Below, one piece after another: positions 20,577-32,004 of a stretch of DNA of 64,000 nucleotides (its first letter is position 1; the number at the start of each line of letters is the position of its first letter). The DNA comes from an uncultured Nitrospinota bacterium (lineage in GTDB: Bacteria > Tectomicrobia > Entotheonellia > J063 > CAVPRW01): assembly GCA_963707985.1 (NCBI GenBank), contig CAVPRW010000045.1:1-64000 (forward strand), read 5' to 3'. A program made the translations under genes and the position numbers. Under the pieces are notes generated by a model. That model made no database searches, was not told the DNA's origin, and saw only the letters and a program-made list of their open reading frames with translations.

Positions 20577-21998
20577 ATGGCGCTAGGACTGTATACAGGA
20601 GGAGTGGCCACGACAGTCAAGACCCCGCAAACAGCCGAGGCCTGCCCCTGGTGTGGCGCTCCAGGCAAGACCGCATGGGGGACCTGCCTGACCTGTGGCC
20701 GCTATTACCTGTCAAAGGGCTGGACGACAACCCCCAGAAGTAGACACCCCATACGGTGGATAGCGATAGGTCTGGGTGTGGGAGCGGTCTTGTGCGCATG
20801 GCTGACCTATCCGTTCCTACCCGACCCTCTCACCCTAGTGTTGAAGCGGCCCACGACCACGCTGAGTTCTAACTCTGCCGCCCACCAGTGGGCCATGTCA
20901 GGCATGGATCTCCAGCAACGGCGTTATGTGGCCGATGCTCCGCGGCAGCCGGAAGGCCGCCCGCTGTGGTCTGTCGACCTGGGAACACCGACGCGCTCTG
21001 TCCCAGTGGTTATCGACAATATCATATACATTGGGGGCGATTTTAGGCTCATGGCGTTGGATGCCCGCACGGGACATGGACTCTGGGAGACCCCCACGAC
21101 TGGCCCCGTGCATACGTCTCCAGCCGTCGCAGGCGACAGGCTGTATATCGGCTTGCAAGACTGGCGTGTGCTGGCGTTGGACCGCCATACGGGCAAAATC
21201 CTATGGCAGTTCACCATGCAGGACGGAGTCGCAGGCTCCTCCTCAGTAGCCCAGGGCATGGTCTACATTGGCTCGATGGACGGCTTTCTGTACGCCCTGG
21301 ATGCGGCCACTGGAGCGCTCATCTGGAAGTTCAAGACTCAGGAACAGGCCATCTCCCCGCCCGCTATCGATGCTGGCACGCTGTTCTTAAGCTCTACGGA
21401 TGGAAGCCTTTATGCCCTGCGGGCCAGGACTGGACAGAGCTGGCTCCGTTATCGCACCCCGGACCGTCTGCATGACTCGCCCGTCGTCGCCAACGGGTTG
21501 GTCTATTTTCCCTCGGGGGGACGGATATTCGCTGTGGCCGCCGACGCCTATGAGCTCCCCGGACAATACCAGCTCACACTCGTCTGGGCCCAATTTTGGC
21601 TCTGGCAATTCCCGGTGCCTCGCCCGCCCGGCCAGCCTGGAGGCAAGTGGCGCTTTTCCCCTCGGCAACTGCCAGGCGGGATTGTCTCCACACCGGCAGT
21701 GGCCCCCGAAGCGTTTTATGTAGGTGATACCAACGGCTATTTTTACGCTCGGGAGGCTTTGACGGGTGAAGAGCTGTGGCAGTTTAAGGCCGGCGGAGCC
21801 ATTATGGCCTCGCCAGTAATCGTTGGCCCAAGCGTCTACTTTGGCGCCATCGATGGATTCCTCTATGCGCTGGACCGTTCTAGTGGTGATCTCCTCTGGA
21901 AGCTCCCCTGTGGTGCGTCCATCCATGCAAGCCCCGTGTTTGGCAGCGGGCGTCTGTATGTACGGACCAGCGATGGGCGCCTTCACGCCATCGAATGA
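20577..21998 (+). CDS. PQQ-like (BamB-type) beta-propeller protein with N-terminal Zn ribbon and TM helix
   Basis: CPWC...CLTC, one TM segment, repeated SP-V...ALDA.TG..W units; start uncertain. Confidence 0.85.
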   Translation: MALGLYTGGVATTVKTPQTAEACPWCGAPGKTAWGTCLTCGRYYLSKGWTTTPRSRHPIRWIAIGLGVGAVLCAWLTYPFLPDPLTLVLKRPTTTLSSNSAAHQWAMSGMDLQQRRYVADAPRQPEGRPLWSVDLGTPTRSVPVVIDNIIYIGGDFRLMALDARTGHGLWETPTTGPVHTSPAVAGDRLYIGLQDWRVLALDRHTGKILWQFTMQDGVAGSSSVAQGMVYIGSMDGFLYALDAATGALIWKFKTQEQAISPPAIDAGTLFLSSTDGSLYALRARTGQSWLRYRTPDRLHDSPVVANGLVYFPSGGRIFAVAADAYELPGQYQLTLVWAQFWLWQFPVPRPPGQPGGKWRFSPRQLPGGIVSTPAVAPEAFYVGDTNGYFYAREALTGEELWQFKAGGAIMASPVIVGPSVYFGAIDGFLYALDRSSGDLLWKLPCGASIHASPVFGSGRLYVRTSDGRLHAIE

Positions 21999-22267
21999 GG
22001 CTCGCCAGCGGTGCCGGCCCGCAGCGACGCCGGCATCCCCTTGCAGCATGTCATGTATGTGTTGCCAAGCATCGTTCTGGCGCCAGAGGCAAGAGTGGTA
22101 CAGCGATGGGGGCAAGTTATGCAGGAGCAGGCGCCAGGCATAGCCAGGCTGGACCATATACAAGATCTCCTCACGATTCTGTTCCCAGGAAGGACTCATG
22201 TGGTGTAAAGTACCCCCGAACCAGGACCTCGAATTCATCCTGTCTCTACTCGCCAAGGAGACCTCGT

Positions 22268-23915
22268 ATGAATGGTGTCACCGCAATTGCCAGTATTCTG
22301 AAGCAGGAAGGTGTTGAATGGATCGGCTGCATGCCCTCCAACTCGCTCATCGAAGCGGCTGCCGCGGCCGGCATCCGTCCGATTGTCTGCCGACAGGAAC
22401 GCACCGGTGTGCATATGGCCGATGGCTTCTCGCGTATCAACAACGGCAAGCGTCTCGGCGTGTTCCTGATGCAGGCTGGACCTGGGGCAGAGAACGCCTT
22501 CGGCGGCGTGGCACAGGCGTTCGCCGATTCCGTGCCCATTCTGCTCTTACCCGCGGGCGCCAGTCGCGACCGTCTGGGGGTGCCGCCGACATTCAGTCCC
22601 ACCCGCAGCTATGAGACCATCACCAAATGGTCGGCCCAGATCAATTCCACATCGCGCATCCCCGAATTGATGCGACGCGCCTTCACCAAACTGCGCTCGG
22701 GGCACCCAGGTCCCGTCTTGCTGGAAATCCCCTCCGACGTCGCCGGGGAGGAGATCCAAGGGGATCTTGTCTATGAGCCGCCCCCGATGTTACGCTGCGC
22801 CGCCGATCCCCGAAGCCGTGCGTCGAGCCGCTCAGGCCTTGCTGGCCGCCGAACGTCCGATTATTCATGCCGGTCAGGGGGTGCTCTATGCTGAGGCCAC
22901 CGACGAATTGGTGCGCCTGGCTGAATTCCTCCAGATTCCGGTCATGACAACCCTGCCAGGTAAAAGCGCCTTCCCAGAACACCATCCCCTCTCCGTCGGC
23001 ACCGGATCACGGGCCACCACTGGCGGCGTGCATCACTTCCTGAGCCGTGCCGACGTGGTGTTAGGGATCGGTTGTAGCTTCGCCATCAGCGGCTTCGCTG
23101 TCCCCATCTCAGCTGGGAAAACCCTGATTCACGCCACCAATGATGCCGACGACATCAACAAAGACCATCCATGCCGATACCCGCTAGTCGGCGACGCCAA
23201 GTTAGTGCTGGCCCAACTCTTGGATGAGTTGCGCCAGCAGGCCGGAGCTGCAGGCCGTCCCGTCGACCAGGCGCTGGCAGAGGAGATCGCCGCCGTCAAG
23301 CAGGCCTGGTTGGCCAAATGGCTGCCGAAGCTGACCGCCGATGAAGACCCGATTAACCCCTATCGGGTGGTCTGGGATCTCATGCATACGGTGGACCTCG
23401 ATAACGTGATCATCACTCACGAATCGGGGAGCATCCGCGAGCAGTTGGTGCCCTTCTGGGAAGCGCGCCAGCCGCGGAGTTTCATCGGTTGGGGCAAATC
23501 GACGCAGCTGGGTTATAGCTTGGGCCTGGCAATGGGCGCCAAGCTGGCAGCGCCGGAGAAGGACGTCATCCATATGATGGGCGACGCCGCCTTTGGCATG
23601 GTCGGGATGGATGTCGAGACGGCCGTGCGGGCCCATATTCCCATTCTCACCATCATTTCGAACAATGGGACCATGGCTATCTATCCCGATAGCCGCTTCC
23701 CTGTGGCCACCGCCCGCTATCAGATGAAGAACTTGTCAGGCAATTTCGCCGAGGTGGCGCAGGCCCTTGGGGCGCATGGGGAGCGGATTCATAAGCCTCA
23801 TGAGATTATTCCTGCCATCCGGCGGGGTCTCGAGGTGACACGCTCCGGACAACCAGCGGTCCTGGAGTTCATGATCAGTGAGGAAGGGGCTACCTCGACG
23901 TTCAAGTTCGATTAA
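22268..23915 (+). CDS. ThDP-dependent enzyme (acetolactate synthase-like), frameshifted near 22811
   Basis: RQERTGVHMADG, GPGAEN, GDAAFGM...NN motif; two frames. Confidence 0.9.
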
Positions 23916-24004
23916 ATCCCGACCTGGGGAGACGTCTCTACTGGAACCAGTGATGTCCGCATGCATGGCCACTATCACAGCTTGCGAAACTGGAGGGGAA
24001 TATC

Positions 24005-25690
24005 ATGAATGGCGCCGACGCAGTGATTCGAGCCCTGGAGAAGGAAGGAGTCAGATATATCACCGGTTTTTCTGGAGGAGGCCTGGCCCCGCTGTGGGAG
24101 CCACTGCGGAACTCGGCCACCATCCGGGTTTTTTCCTCCCGTCACGAACGTCTGGGCGTAGAGATCGCCGACGGATATGCCCGGGCTACAGGCCAGGTAG
24201 GAGTGGCCATGACCGGCACGGGGCCGGGGGCTACCAATACGCTGACCGGTATTGCCGATTGCTATGCCGACAATGTGCCCGTGCTCTTGCTCATGGGACA
24301 ACATCCCTTGCGCAACCTCGGGAAAGAATACCAACAGGAGGTGTCGGCGAATATTTTCGATGGGCTGGTCAAATGGCGCGGCACCTTTACACGCGTCGAT
24401 GACATCCCCGGCATCATCCGACGGGCGTTCACCGCCCTGCGCTCCGGCTCGCCCGGCCCGGTGGTGCTGGAAATGCCACAGGATGTCCTCAGGGCAGAAG
24501 GCCCCGATGCCGCGCTGCAGTACGACCCAGTTGGACCGGGGCGCAAAGCGGCTCCTGACCCCCAGGATATCGAAACAGCCGCCGACCTCCTGGTGCAGGC
24601 CCGTTACCCCATCTTGAACGTGGGGGGCGGGGCCCTGTCGGCGGGCGCCGCGCCCGAGGTCAGGGAGTTGGCCGAACTGCTGTCTATGCCGGTCGCCACC
24701 ACCCTGGTGGGCAAAAGCGTGTTTCCCGAAGACCACCCGCTGGCCCTGGGCCTGGGGGTCTATCCACGCAGTCGCTATGCCACGGGACCGGCGCTGCAGA
24801 TCAATCGCAAGGCCGATGTGGTGCTGGCGGTGGGTAACTCCTACCGTATGCCTAACGGCACCGACGGGCGGCCCATTCCCTCGGGCGTCAAGCTGATCCA
24901 CATCAATGCTGACCCTGCCGACCTGAACAAGACGTATCGTGCCGATGTCGCCATGTTGGCGGATGCCAAACTGGCTCTGCAGGCGCTCATCACCGCTGTG
25001 CGCGATCGCATCGGAGCACGGGAAGGGGGGTTCAAACCGGAGGTCGTGTCCGAGATTCAGCAGGCGCGGAACAAGTGGTTAGGGGAATGGATGCCGGTGT
25101 TCACCGATGATTCTGTGCCAACCAACGGTTATCGCGTCATTTACGATTTGATGCAGGTGGTCGACCGCGACAGGACCGTCGCCTTGCATGATGCCGGCGG
25201 CAGCCGGGGTTATCTGTCGCCGTTCTGGGTCGCCACCAAGCCCAACACTTACGTCGGTATGGGCGGCATGGCTGCTATGGGCTGGTCCATGGGCGGTGCC
25301 ATCGGCGCCAAACTGGGCCGACCGGATCATCTGGTCGTGCACTTATTGGGTGACGCCTCGTTCGGGATGACCGGGATGGAATTGGAGACGGCAGTCCGCA
25401 TGGGACTTCCTACCCTGACCATCCTGATCAATAACGGCGGCATTGGCGGCGGCGTGATGGGGATGAATCGGCCCGCCGGGACACCTCCGGAGGTCGCCAA
25501 ACTGGGAGGGAATTTTAGCCTGGTGGCCCAGGGATTAGGAGCCTACAGCGAACGCGTGGAGCAGCCAGGTGACCTGATCCCCGCCTATCGGCGTGCCATC
25601 CGTGCCACCGAAGACGGTCAGGCGGCGCTCGTCGAAGTCATGATCAAGCCGATGCGCACCCCAGAATTGCCGGACGATTGGTCAGTGTAA
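24005..25690 (+). CDS. ThDP-dependent enzyme (acetolactate synthase-like)
   Basis: RHERLG, GPGATN, GDASFGM...INNG. Confidence 0.93.
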   Translation: MNGADAVIRALEKEGVRYITGFSGGGLAPLWEPLRNSATIRVFSSRHERLGVEIADGYARATGQVGVAMTGTGPGATNTLTGIADCYADNVPVLLLMGQHPLRNLGKEYQQEVSANIFDGLVKWRGTFTRVDDIPGIIRRAFTALRSGSPGPVVLEMPQDVLRAEGPDAALQYDPVGPGRKAAPDPQDIETAADLLVQARYPILNVGGGALSAGAAPEVRELAELLSMPVATTLVGKSVFPEDHPLALGLGVYPRSRYATGPALQINRKADVVLAVGNSYRMPNGTDGRPIPSGVKLIHINADPADLNKTYRADVAMLADAKLALQALITAVRDRIGAREGGFKPEVVSEIQQARNKWLGEWMPVFTDDSVPTNGYRVIYDLMQVVDRDRTVALHDAGGSRGYLSPFWVATKPNTYVGMGGMAAMGWSMGGAIGAKLGRPDHLVVHLLGDASFGMTGMELETAVRMGLPTLTILINNGGIGGGVMGMNRPAGTPPEVAKLGGNFSLVAQGLGAYSERVEQPGDLIPAYRRAIRATEDGQAALVEVMIKPMRTPELPDDWSV

Positions 25691-25801
25691 TGGGGGACAA
25701 GGACGCGCTTTCGCCGGTCTCTACGCAGGATATGCGTCATAACTCAGTGTTCTTTCGCAAATGGTCGCGCTGACGCGAGGCGAAACGCTCAACGCCTCTA
25801 C

Positions 25802-26692
25802 TTAGGCCAAATGTCCCATCGTGCCGCTTTGGTAATCTGCTATCGCTTGGCGGATCTCTTGGGGACTGTTCATGACGAACGGTCCGTAGCCCACGATGGG
25901 CTCATCAATCGGCTCGCCGCATAGCAGCAGAGCGGTTGCATCTTTCGCGCAATCGATGCAAATGCGCTTCCCGGCGCGGTCGAACAGGCCGACCTCCGCC
26001 GCCTCGATTGCATCGGACCCGTTCACGCGCACCGCGCCTTTGAGCACCACGAGCGCCGTGGTATAGCCATCGGGCACCTCAAGGTCCGTCCGTTGGTCGG
26101 TCGCGAGGCGGAGGTCCCAAACGTGCATTGGCGTGAAGGTCTTGGCCGGTCCTTTCGCCCCCGCGAACTCGCCGGCAATCACCCGCACGGCTCCGTGCCC
26201 ATCAGGGAGACTCAGCATAGGGATCTGATGACTCACGAGGCTCTGATACCGGGCTGGCGCCATCTTGTCCTTGGCTGGCAGGTTGACCCATAGCTGCACC
26301 ATTTCGAACATGCCGCCGCGTCGCGCGAAGTCGCGACCGTGAAACTCGTCATGGACTATGCCGGACGCTGCAGTCATCCACTGCACGTCGCCGGGACCAA
26401 TGGTTCCACCGCCTCCGGAGGAGTCCCGATGTTCCACTTCGCCTTCATAGACGAGAGTCACGGTTTCGAACCCGCGATGCGGGTGCTCGCCAACTCCGCG
26501 GCGCTCATCCGTCGGCGAGAACTCCATGGGGCCGGCGTAATCGAGGAGCAGGAATGGACTGAGAACCGACCCCAGGTTTGGGTAGGCAAAGAGCGTCCTC
26601 ACCGGGAAGCCGTTGCCGACCCAGTGACGATCTACACTACGTTGGATGCCGCGGAGCTTCTTTAGCGCTTTTTCTTCGTTCATTGGTTGCAT
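25802..26692 (-). CDS. pirin family protein
   Basis: HPHRGFETVT, QWMTAASGIVHDE, GPFVMN. Confidence 0.95.
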   Translation of the reverse strand: MQPMNEEKALKKLRGIQRSVDRHWVGNGFPVRTLFAYPNLGSVLSPFLLLDYAGPMEFSPTDERRGVGEHPHRGFETVTLVYEGEVEHRDSSGGGGTIGPGDVQWMTAASGIVHDEFHGRDFARRGGMFEMVQLWVNLPAKDKMAPARYQSLVSHQIPMLSLPDGHGAVRVIAGEFAGAKGPAKTFTPMHVWDLRLATDQRTDLEVPDGYTTALVVLKGAVRVNGSDAIEAAEVGLFDRAGKRICIDCAKDATALLLCGEPIDEPIVGYGPFVMNSPQEIRQAIADYQSGTMGHLA

Positions 26693-26899
26693 CAGTAATG
26701 CCCTCGTTGACTTCGGCCTCGGCCCGCCCAACGTTGGGCGACCGCCTTCAGTGCTTCAGAACGCGACAGCGGCTATGCAGACATGCGCTCATTCGCTAGC
26801 CGACCTGCTGACATCTTGAGCCGTCTGATAGCTTTCCATGAAGACATCGCACAGGCGATTGTAGGACAGCAGCGGAAAGATGGATTGGGTTTGTCGGGG

Positions 26900-27410
26900 C
26901 CAGCGTCGATGGTACGCGCCGTCTTTCCAAACATAGACGAGCGTGCCGTGCATACGGGCCGTCTTGGCCGAACGGCGCAGGGCACGGCCGACCATGGCGG
27001 CGAAAGCCGATGGCTTTAGCGATTGCTTGCGAGGCTATGGCCCTTCCTCCAGCAGTCGGGGAGTTGTCCCAGAGTTATCGTAGACGCCCAATTGTCGGCC
27101 AAGGGGCAGTAAACAGTCTGAAAATGCTGCCAGCCACGGGTGAAGCGTCGAATGACATCCTCGCGAGCCATGTGTGCCTGCTTCACACGTCCCATCCGCG
27201 GAGCGCCAACCTGGGAGAGACGTTCAGGAAGACGATAATGCGGTCGGCAGGCGCAGTGTTTCGATCTCGTCTGGCCATAGAGATGGTCCGTTCTTTCGTG
27301 AAAGGTACCAGTCCAGCACGCATGCCCCCCGGTTACGTTGGCGCCAATCTTACCAAAAACCGACGCGATTGTGAGCATTCTTTTGGTACTCTCGCCGAAT
27401 TCCTTGGCCA
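26900..27410 (-). pseudogene. decayed zeta-toxin-like P-loop ATPase (COG4185-type) and its small downstream partner
   Basis: across frames: IVFLNVSPRLAL...REDVIRRFTRGWQHF...YDNSGTTPRLLE, then RALRRSAKTARMHGTLVYVWKDG; many indels. Confidence 0.55.
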
Positions 27411-27555
27411 GGGCTGGCGGCGATCCCTCGCCTCCTCTGGGGCTGGACATGCGCCGCCGGATGGAGTAGGGTAGGGCCGCGCCGGTACTCGACACGGAAC
27501 AGGCCCTCACCGATCTCCACACGTCCTCAAGCTCACAAAGGAAAGGAGCCAGGCG

Positions 27556-28512
27556 ATGATCGTCGACGTGCACGCTCACTATCATCCTCGCCCATACAAC
27601 CAGGCACTGGAACGCGCTGGTGTAGTCCGACCCGGTGGCGGCAGTATGGCCGGCCATCCTGATACCGATGACGAAGAGCACATCCAGAAGCGGCTGGAGA
27701 TGATGGAGCAGGCCGGCGTGGGGATGCAGGTGCTCTCACCGGCGGCTGGCCGAGCGCCCTATGCCAAGGATGAGACCGCGGCGGTCGAGGCGGCCAGACT
27801 CGGCAACGACATCTATGCCACACTCGTCGAGCGTTATCCGGACAAGTTCAAGGCCTTCGTGTCGCTGCCCTTGCCCTATATCGACGCCTCACTACGCGAG
27901 CTCCGGCGGGGCATGGATGAGCTGGGCATGATCGGCATTAACATGCACATCTCGGTGTTCGATCGCTCCGTGGCTGAGGACGAGTTCCTGCCGATCTACG
28001 AGGAGATGAACCGGCGCCATGGCATCATCTTCTACCACCCCTGGGGCAACGGTATCTGCTCGCCGATGATCACCGACTACGGCTTCAGCGGCGCGGTGGG
28101 CACCTCGATGGAGGACACGGTGATCGCGCTGCATCTCATCGCCAAGAAGATCCCGTCACAGTTCCCGAATATCACCTACATTATTCCTCACCTCGGCGGC
28201 CTCATCCCGATGCTTCTCCAGCGTCTCGACAATCAGTTCTCGATGCGCCAGCGCGGCCTGCCGGAGCCTCCCAGCGTCACGGCGCGGCGCTTCTACTACG
28301 ATACCGTTGGCCATGGCTCGCATGCGGCACTGACCTGCGCCTGGAAGGCGTTCGGCGCCGAGCATATCTTGCCCGGCAGCGACTTCCCGGTGTTGCTGTC
28401 ATTCGAGACGTACGCACGCACCTTCTCATGGATCCGTGAAGTGGGCTTGCCGGAGGCCGATGTCGCGCAGATCCTGGAGCGCACGGCGCCAGCGGTCTTG
28501 CACCTAGGGTGA
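27556..28512 (+). CDS. amidohydrolase family 2 (decarboxylase-like)
   Basis: VDVHAH, FYHP, PHLGG, RFYYDT, GSDFP. Confidence 0.93.
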   Translation: MIVDVHAHYHPRPYNQALERAGVVRPGGGSMAGHPDTDDEEHIQKRLEMMEQAGVGMQVLSPAAGRAPYAKDETAAVEAARLGNDIYATLVERYPDKFKAFVSLPLPYIDASLRELRRGMDELGMIGINMHISVFDRSVAEDEFLPIYEEMNRRHGIIFYHPWGNGICSPMITDYGFSGAVGTSMEDTVIALHLIAKKIPSQFPNITYIIPHLGGLIPMLLQRLDNQFSMRQRGLPEPPSVTARRFYYDTVGHGSHAALTCAWKAFGAEHILPGSDFPVLLSFETYARTFSWIREVGLPEADVAQILERTAPAVLHLG

Positions 28513-28817
28513 CGAAGCTTGACTGCGAGCGGGTCTGCTTGATGCGCTTGGCGAGGAACCGACTGCGACGATTGTGCCATGGGCATACATGGCTTTCAGG
28601 GTAGCGACGACGCCCAGGACGCAAGCAGGACCTTCCCGCATAATGGCGACAAGGGGAGGGTGAGTTCCCCTGAGCAATATGCTTATAGGGGCAAACTTTG
28701 ACACACATGTGGTACGCACCTGCACATTGCGTGCTCCAGTACCTCGGACCACAGGACACGCCCTCGGCGGCCTGTTACCCTTGCTCTCATGCGTCACATT
28801 AGCTAATATTGATGTCC

Positions 28818-29060
28818 ATGAGAACAACTGTGACCGAGAAAAACATGGTTACCATACCCGCCGAGGTGGCGCGGAGATTCGGCATCAAGCCAGGGTGGAA
28901 GCTAGACTGGCAACCGGTCGAGGGAAAGAACGAGATCATCGTCAAGGTGATCCCCGACCGAGGAGAACGGGCTCGGCAGCTCCTAGGGGCAGGCCGCAAA
29001 TTCTCCCCTGATCGCGATGCCGTGGCTGAGCTGATCGCCGAGCGAGAGGCCGAAGGCTAA
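28818..29060 (+). CDS. AbrB/MazE-family antitoxin
   Basis: TVTEKNMVTIPAEVARRFGIKPG swapped-hairpin motif upstream of a PIN gene. Confidence 0.85.
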   Translation: MRTTVTEKNMVTIPAEVARRFGIKPGWKLDWQPVEGKNEIIVKVIPDRGERARQLLGAGRKFSPDRDAVAELIAEREAEG

Positions 29061-29064
29061 AGGC

Positions 29065-29451
29065 GTGCTGTATCTCCTCGATACCTCCGCCCTGATCGCT
29101 CACTACAGGCAAGAAGCCGGCTGGGAGCGAGTCCAGGCTATTTTCGACGACGAAAGTGCTGGCGTCATTGTCGCAAGCGTGACGCTCCCTGAGTTCGCGC
29201 GGCGACTGCGCGACTTGGGAGCGAGCAGCGCGGAGATCTGGCAGACCCTGGCGGATTACCGGGTTCTTTTGTCTGACATCGTGGCGGTTGATGCGTCTGT
29301 GGCCATGGCTGCTTTTGAGATTGGCTACCGAACACCGTATCGTTTGCCCTTGGTGGACGCGCTGATTGCCGCTGCCGCACAATCGAAGGAAGCTTGCCTG
29401 GTACATCGCGACCGCCATATGGCTGCTATCCCAGCCGAGATCGTCTCATAG
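29065..29451 (+). CDS. PIN-domain (VapC-like) toxin
   Basis: YLLDTSAL, TLPEF, LVDALIAA, LVHRDRH. Confidence 0.88.
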   Translation: MLYLLDTSALIAHYRQEAGWERVQAIFDDESAGVIVASVTLPEFARRLRDLGASSAEIWQTLADYRVLLSDIVAVDASVAMAAFEIGYRTPYRLPLVDALIAAAAQSKEACLVHRDRHMAAIPAEIVS

Positions 29452-29684
29452 CTACATCTTGCAGCCACCTAGGATCTCCCTAGATCACATAAAGGTAAGG
29501 GCGTAGGAGAAGGGGCAACGATCCCACAGCAAAGTTGTATCTCTTGCACGACGTTGGATCGATCTTGCTCCATGCAGCAGCTTAGGTAGCATGCTCGGAT
29601 GCCAATCGTTTCTGGTCGGATGGTGTCAGTTTCACGAACGTGTATCGTCGACCAAGGAACAGACCCATCAGCGATTGATGAGAT

Positions 29685-30302
29685 ATGGTACAAGCCGATT
29701 ACCGCGGTGCTCGCGGCTCAAATGCAGGAGATGACTTTCACGAGCTTTGGGCCTTGCGCCAAGCGCTGGCGCTGCTTGACCTGGAAACAGGGCTGACGGC
29801 GGTCACAGTCGAGGGTTTGAGAGCGGAGGATGAAAGCGGAACCCCTGCAGACACGTGGTATGGTGTGGACTGCGCCTTGTACTACGGAGGCGATCATGCT
29901 GCGTCGGCCACGCGCATCGTGGTCGCTCAGCTCAAATACTCTGCAGCCAATCCTGATCAACCTTGGACCGTCGCTCGTCTGACCCAGAGCAGCAATAGGA
30001 AGCAGGACAACTCGGTCATCGGCAGACTGGCGAAGGCCTTTGCCGGGCTAAAGCGCCTACGGCCCGAGCTCGTCGCAACTGAAAATGTGGTGGTACGGCT
30101 TGTAAGCAATCAGCCGGTTGATCCCGCCGTCTTCGGCGCGCTGTCTGGCCAGAGCACATTAGACCAAAAGCCAACGAGAAAGTCGCGACCTCAACCAGCT
30201 CGCGCCGCCTTCATTGCGGCAAGCGGCTTGCCAGGCGAGGACTTCGAGACGTTCGCGAGAGCCCTCGACCTGTCTGAATGTGGAGTGATCCCTTTGCACT
30301 GA
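29685..30302 (+). pseudogene. N-terminal Cap4-like nuclease domain of an Avs3-like STAND protein, truncated
   Basis: SNAGDDFHELWA...VTVEG...VDCALYYG...QLKYS; ends after 205 aa with no ATPase domain. Confidence 0.65.
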
Positions 30303-30781
30303 CGCCCAAGAGTTCCGAACGAACGCGAAAGGGCAAGAAAGGCGGTAGCGGTGCTACAGTGAACCTTAACAAAGCAGCCGTCAGCTTGCTCGATAGTATC
30401 ACCGCCACCCTTGCGGAACTACGGCGCGAGCTTCAGGAATCCAGCCAAAAGTCTGGAAGCTGTTGAGATCATGCTGAGATCATTAAGAACAGAGATTAGC
30501 AGGGGTATATTCTCCTGAGTAAAGCCATCTATGCAGAACGTGTGCAGCCTAATATGGAGGCAGAGAACCGCTAGGACTCTCCGGTCAAGTGGTAAAAGCT
30601 GGGCTTCGTAAACCCATTGCAAAAGGCAGCCAAAAGTAGTACCAGTTCCATGATAGCCTCCAGGAGCTAGGTGTTTACCCAAGCCTATCCTCTCATAAGC
30701 TCTTGGGTATGACAGAACCGCCACGCTCAACGACGGTCAAGATGCACCATCGGTGAAGCAACGGTTTGAAGGAGATCGACG

Positions 30782-31913
30782 ATGAAATTCGGGATTTTCC
30801 TCTTGCTCCAGTCACCAGACATGCGTCCGTCGCAAGAGACGTATGACCATGCGCTGGAGCAGGGGGTGCTGGCCGACCAACTCGGCTTCGACTACATTGT
30901 CGCGGCGGAGCATCATTTCTCCAGTTACGGGTTCCTGCCCTCTCCCCTGCTGCTGATCCCCGTCCTCGCCGAGCGCACCAAGCAGATCCGCTTCAGTACC
31001 GCCGTGGTGGTGCTGCCCCTGCGCAATCCCATTCAGCTCGCCGAAGAGATCGCCATGCTGGACCTGGTCACCAGGGGGCGCGTCGAGGTGGGCTTCGGCA
31101 CCGGCTATCAGCAGTACGAATTCCAGCGCTTTGGGGTGAATTTGGCGGAGAATCGGGCCATGTTCGAGGAAGTCGCTCGAGCTCATCACCAAACTGCTGA
31201 GCACGGAGAATGTGAGCCACCAGGGCCGCTACTGGAACCTACCCGAGACCACGACCCTGCCGCGCCCTATCACCAAGCCCCATCCGCAGTTCTGGCGGGC
31301 GACGTCCAGCGTGCCGACGATGGCCTGGTCCCTGGCGCGTGGGATCAAGGTCATCACCGGTGGCACCTCCAGCAGCATGGAACGGGTCATCAACAACTGG
31401 TATCTGTTCCAGGATGCCGTCGAGGCGGCCAGGGTCAGCTGGCCCCAGGAGTTCATTATCAACCGGGGCGTGTACGTCTCGGACACCGAGGCCGATGCCA
31501 AGGCCATGATGCCCCATGCCATCTGGCATACGCGCACGGCCCGTGGCCTGTCCTCCAACTCCCTGCCGGTCAATGCCGGCCGGGCGATGACTGAGCTGAC
31601 CGCCCAGGTGGCCCAGGAAGATAACCCGGAATTCCTCTACAAGGACTGGTTCTTCGGCACCCCGGAGATCGTCGCGGAGAAGATCTATCGCATGACCCAG
31701 TACGCCGGTGTCACCTACTTGAACTGTACCTTCAACATCGGCCAGATCCCGCACCACAAGATCATGCGGTCCATGGAGCTGTTTGCGACCAAGGTCATGC
31801 CCCACTTCCGTGGCTATATGCCCGACCAGGCGAAATACCCGCGCCAGGCCAACGCCCCCGATCCCAAAGGGTATTTTGCCTGGGAGGAAGGGATGCCACT
31901 GACCTTTGCCTGA
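30782..31913 (+). CDS. LLM-class flavin-dependent oxidoreductase, frameshifted near 31175
   Basis: AEHHFS, PLRNPIQLAEEIAMLD, RSMELFATKVMPHF in two frames. Confidence 0.9.
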
Positions 31914-32004
31914 TCAGGCGCGGAGAGGCAGGCCATCGTTCGAGCTTCATGACGCATGTGCCGCATATCGGATGACAATCTGGAGCGCAGAGGAGGCCAC
32001 ACAC

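Noticed and set aside
20560..20582. ATGGCG hexamer repeats as a phase-variation tract
   Set aside because: Only 3-4 copies and in-frame, so no frame switching
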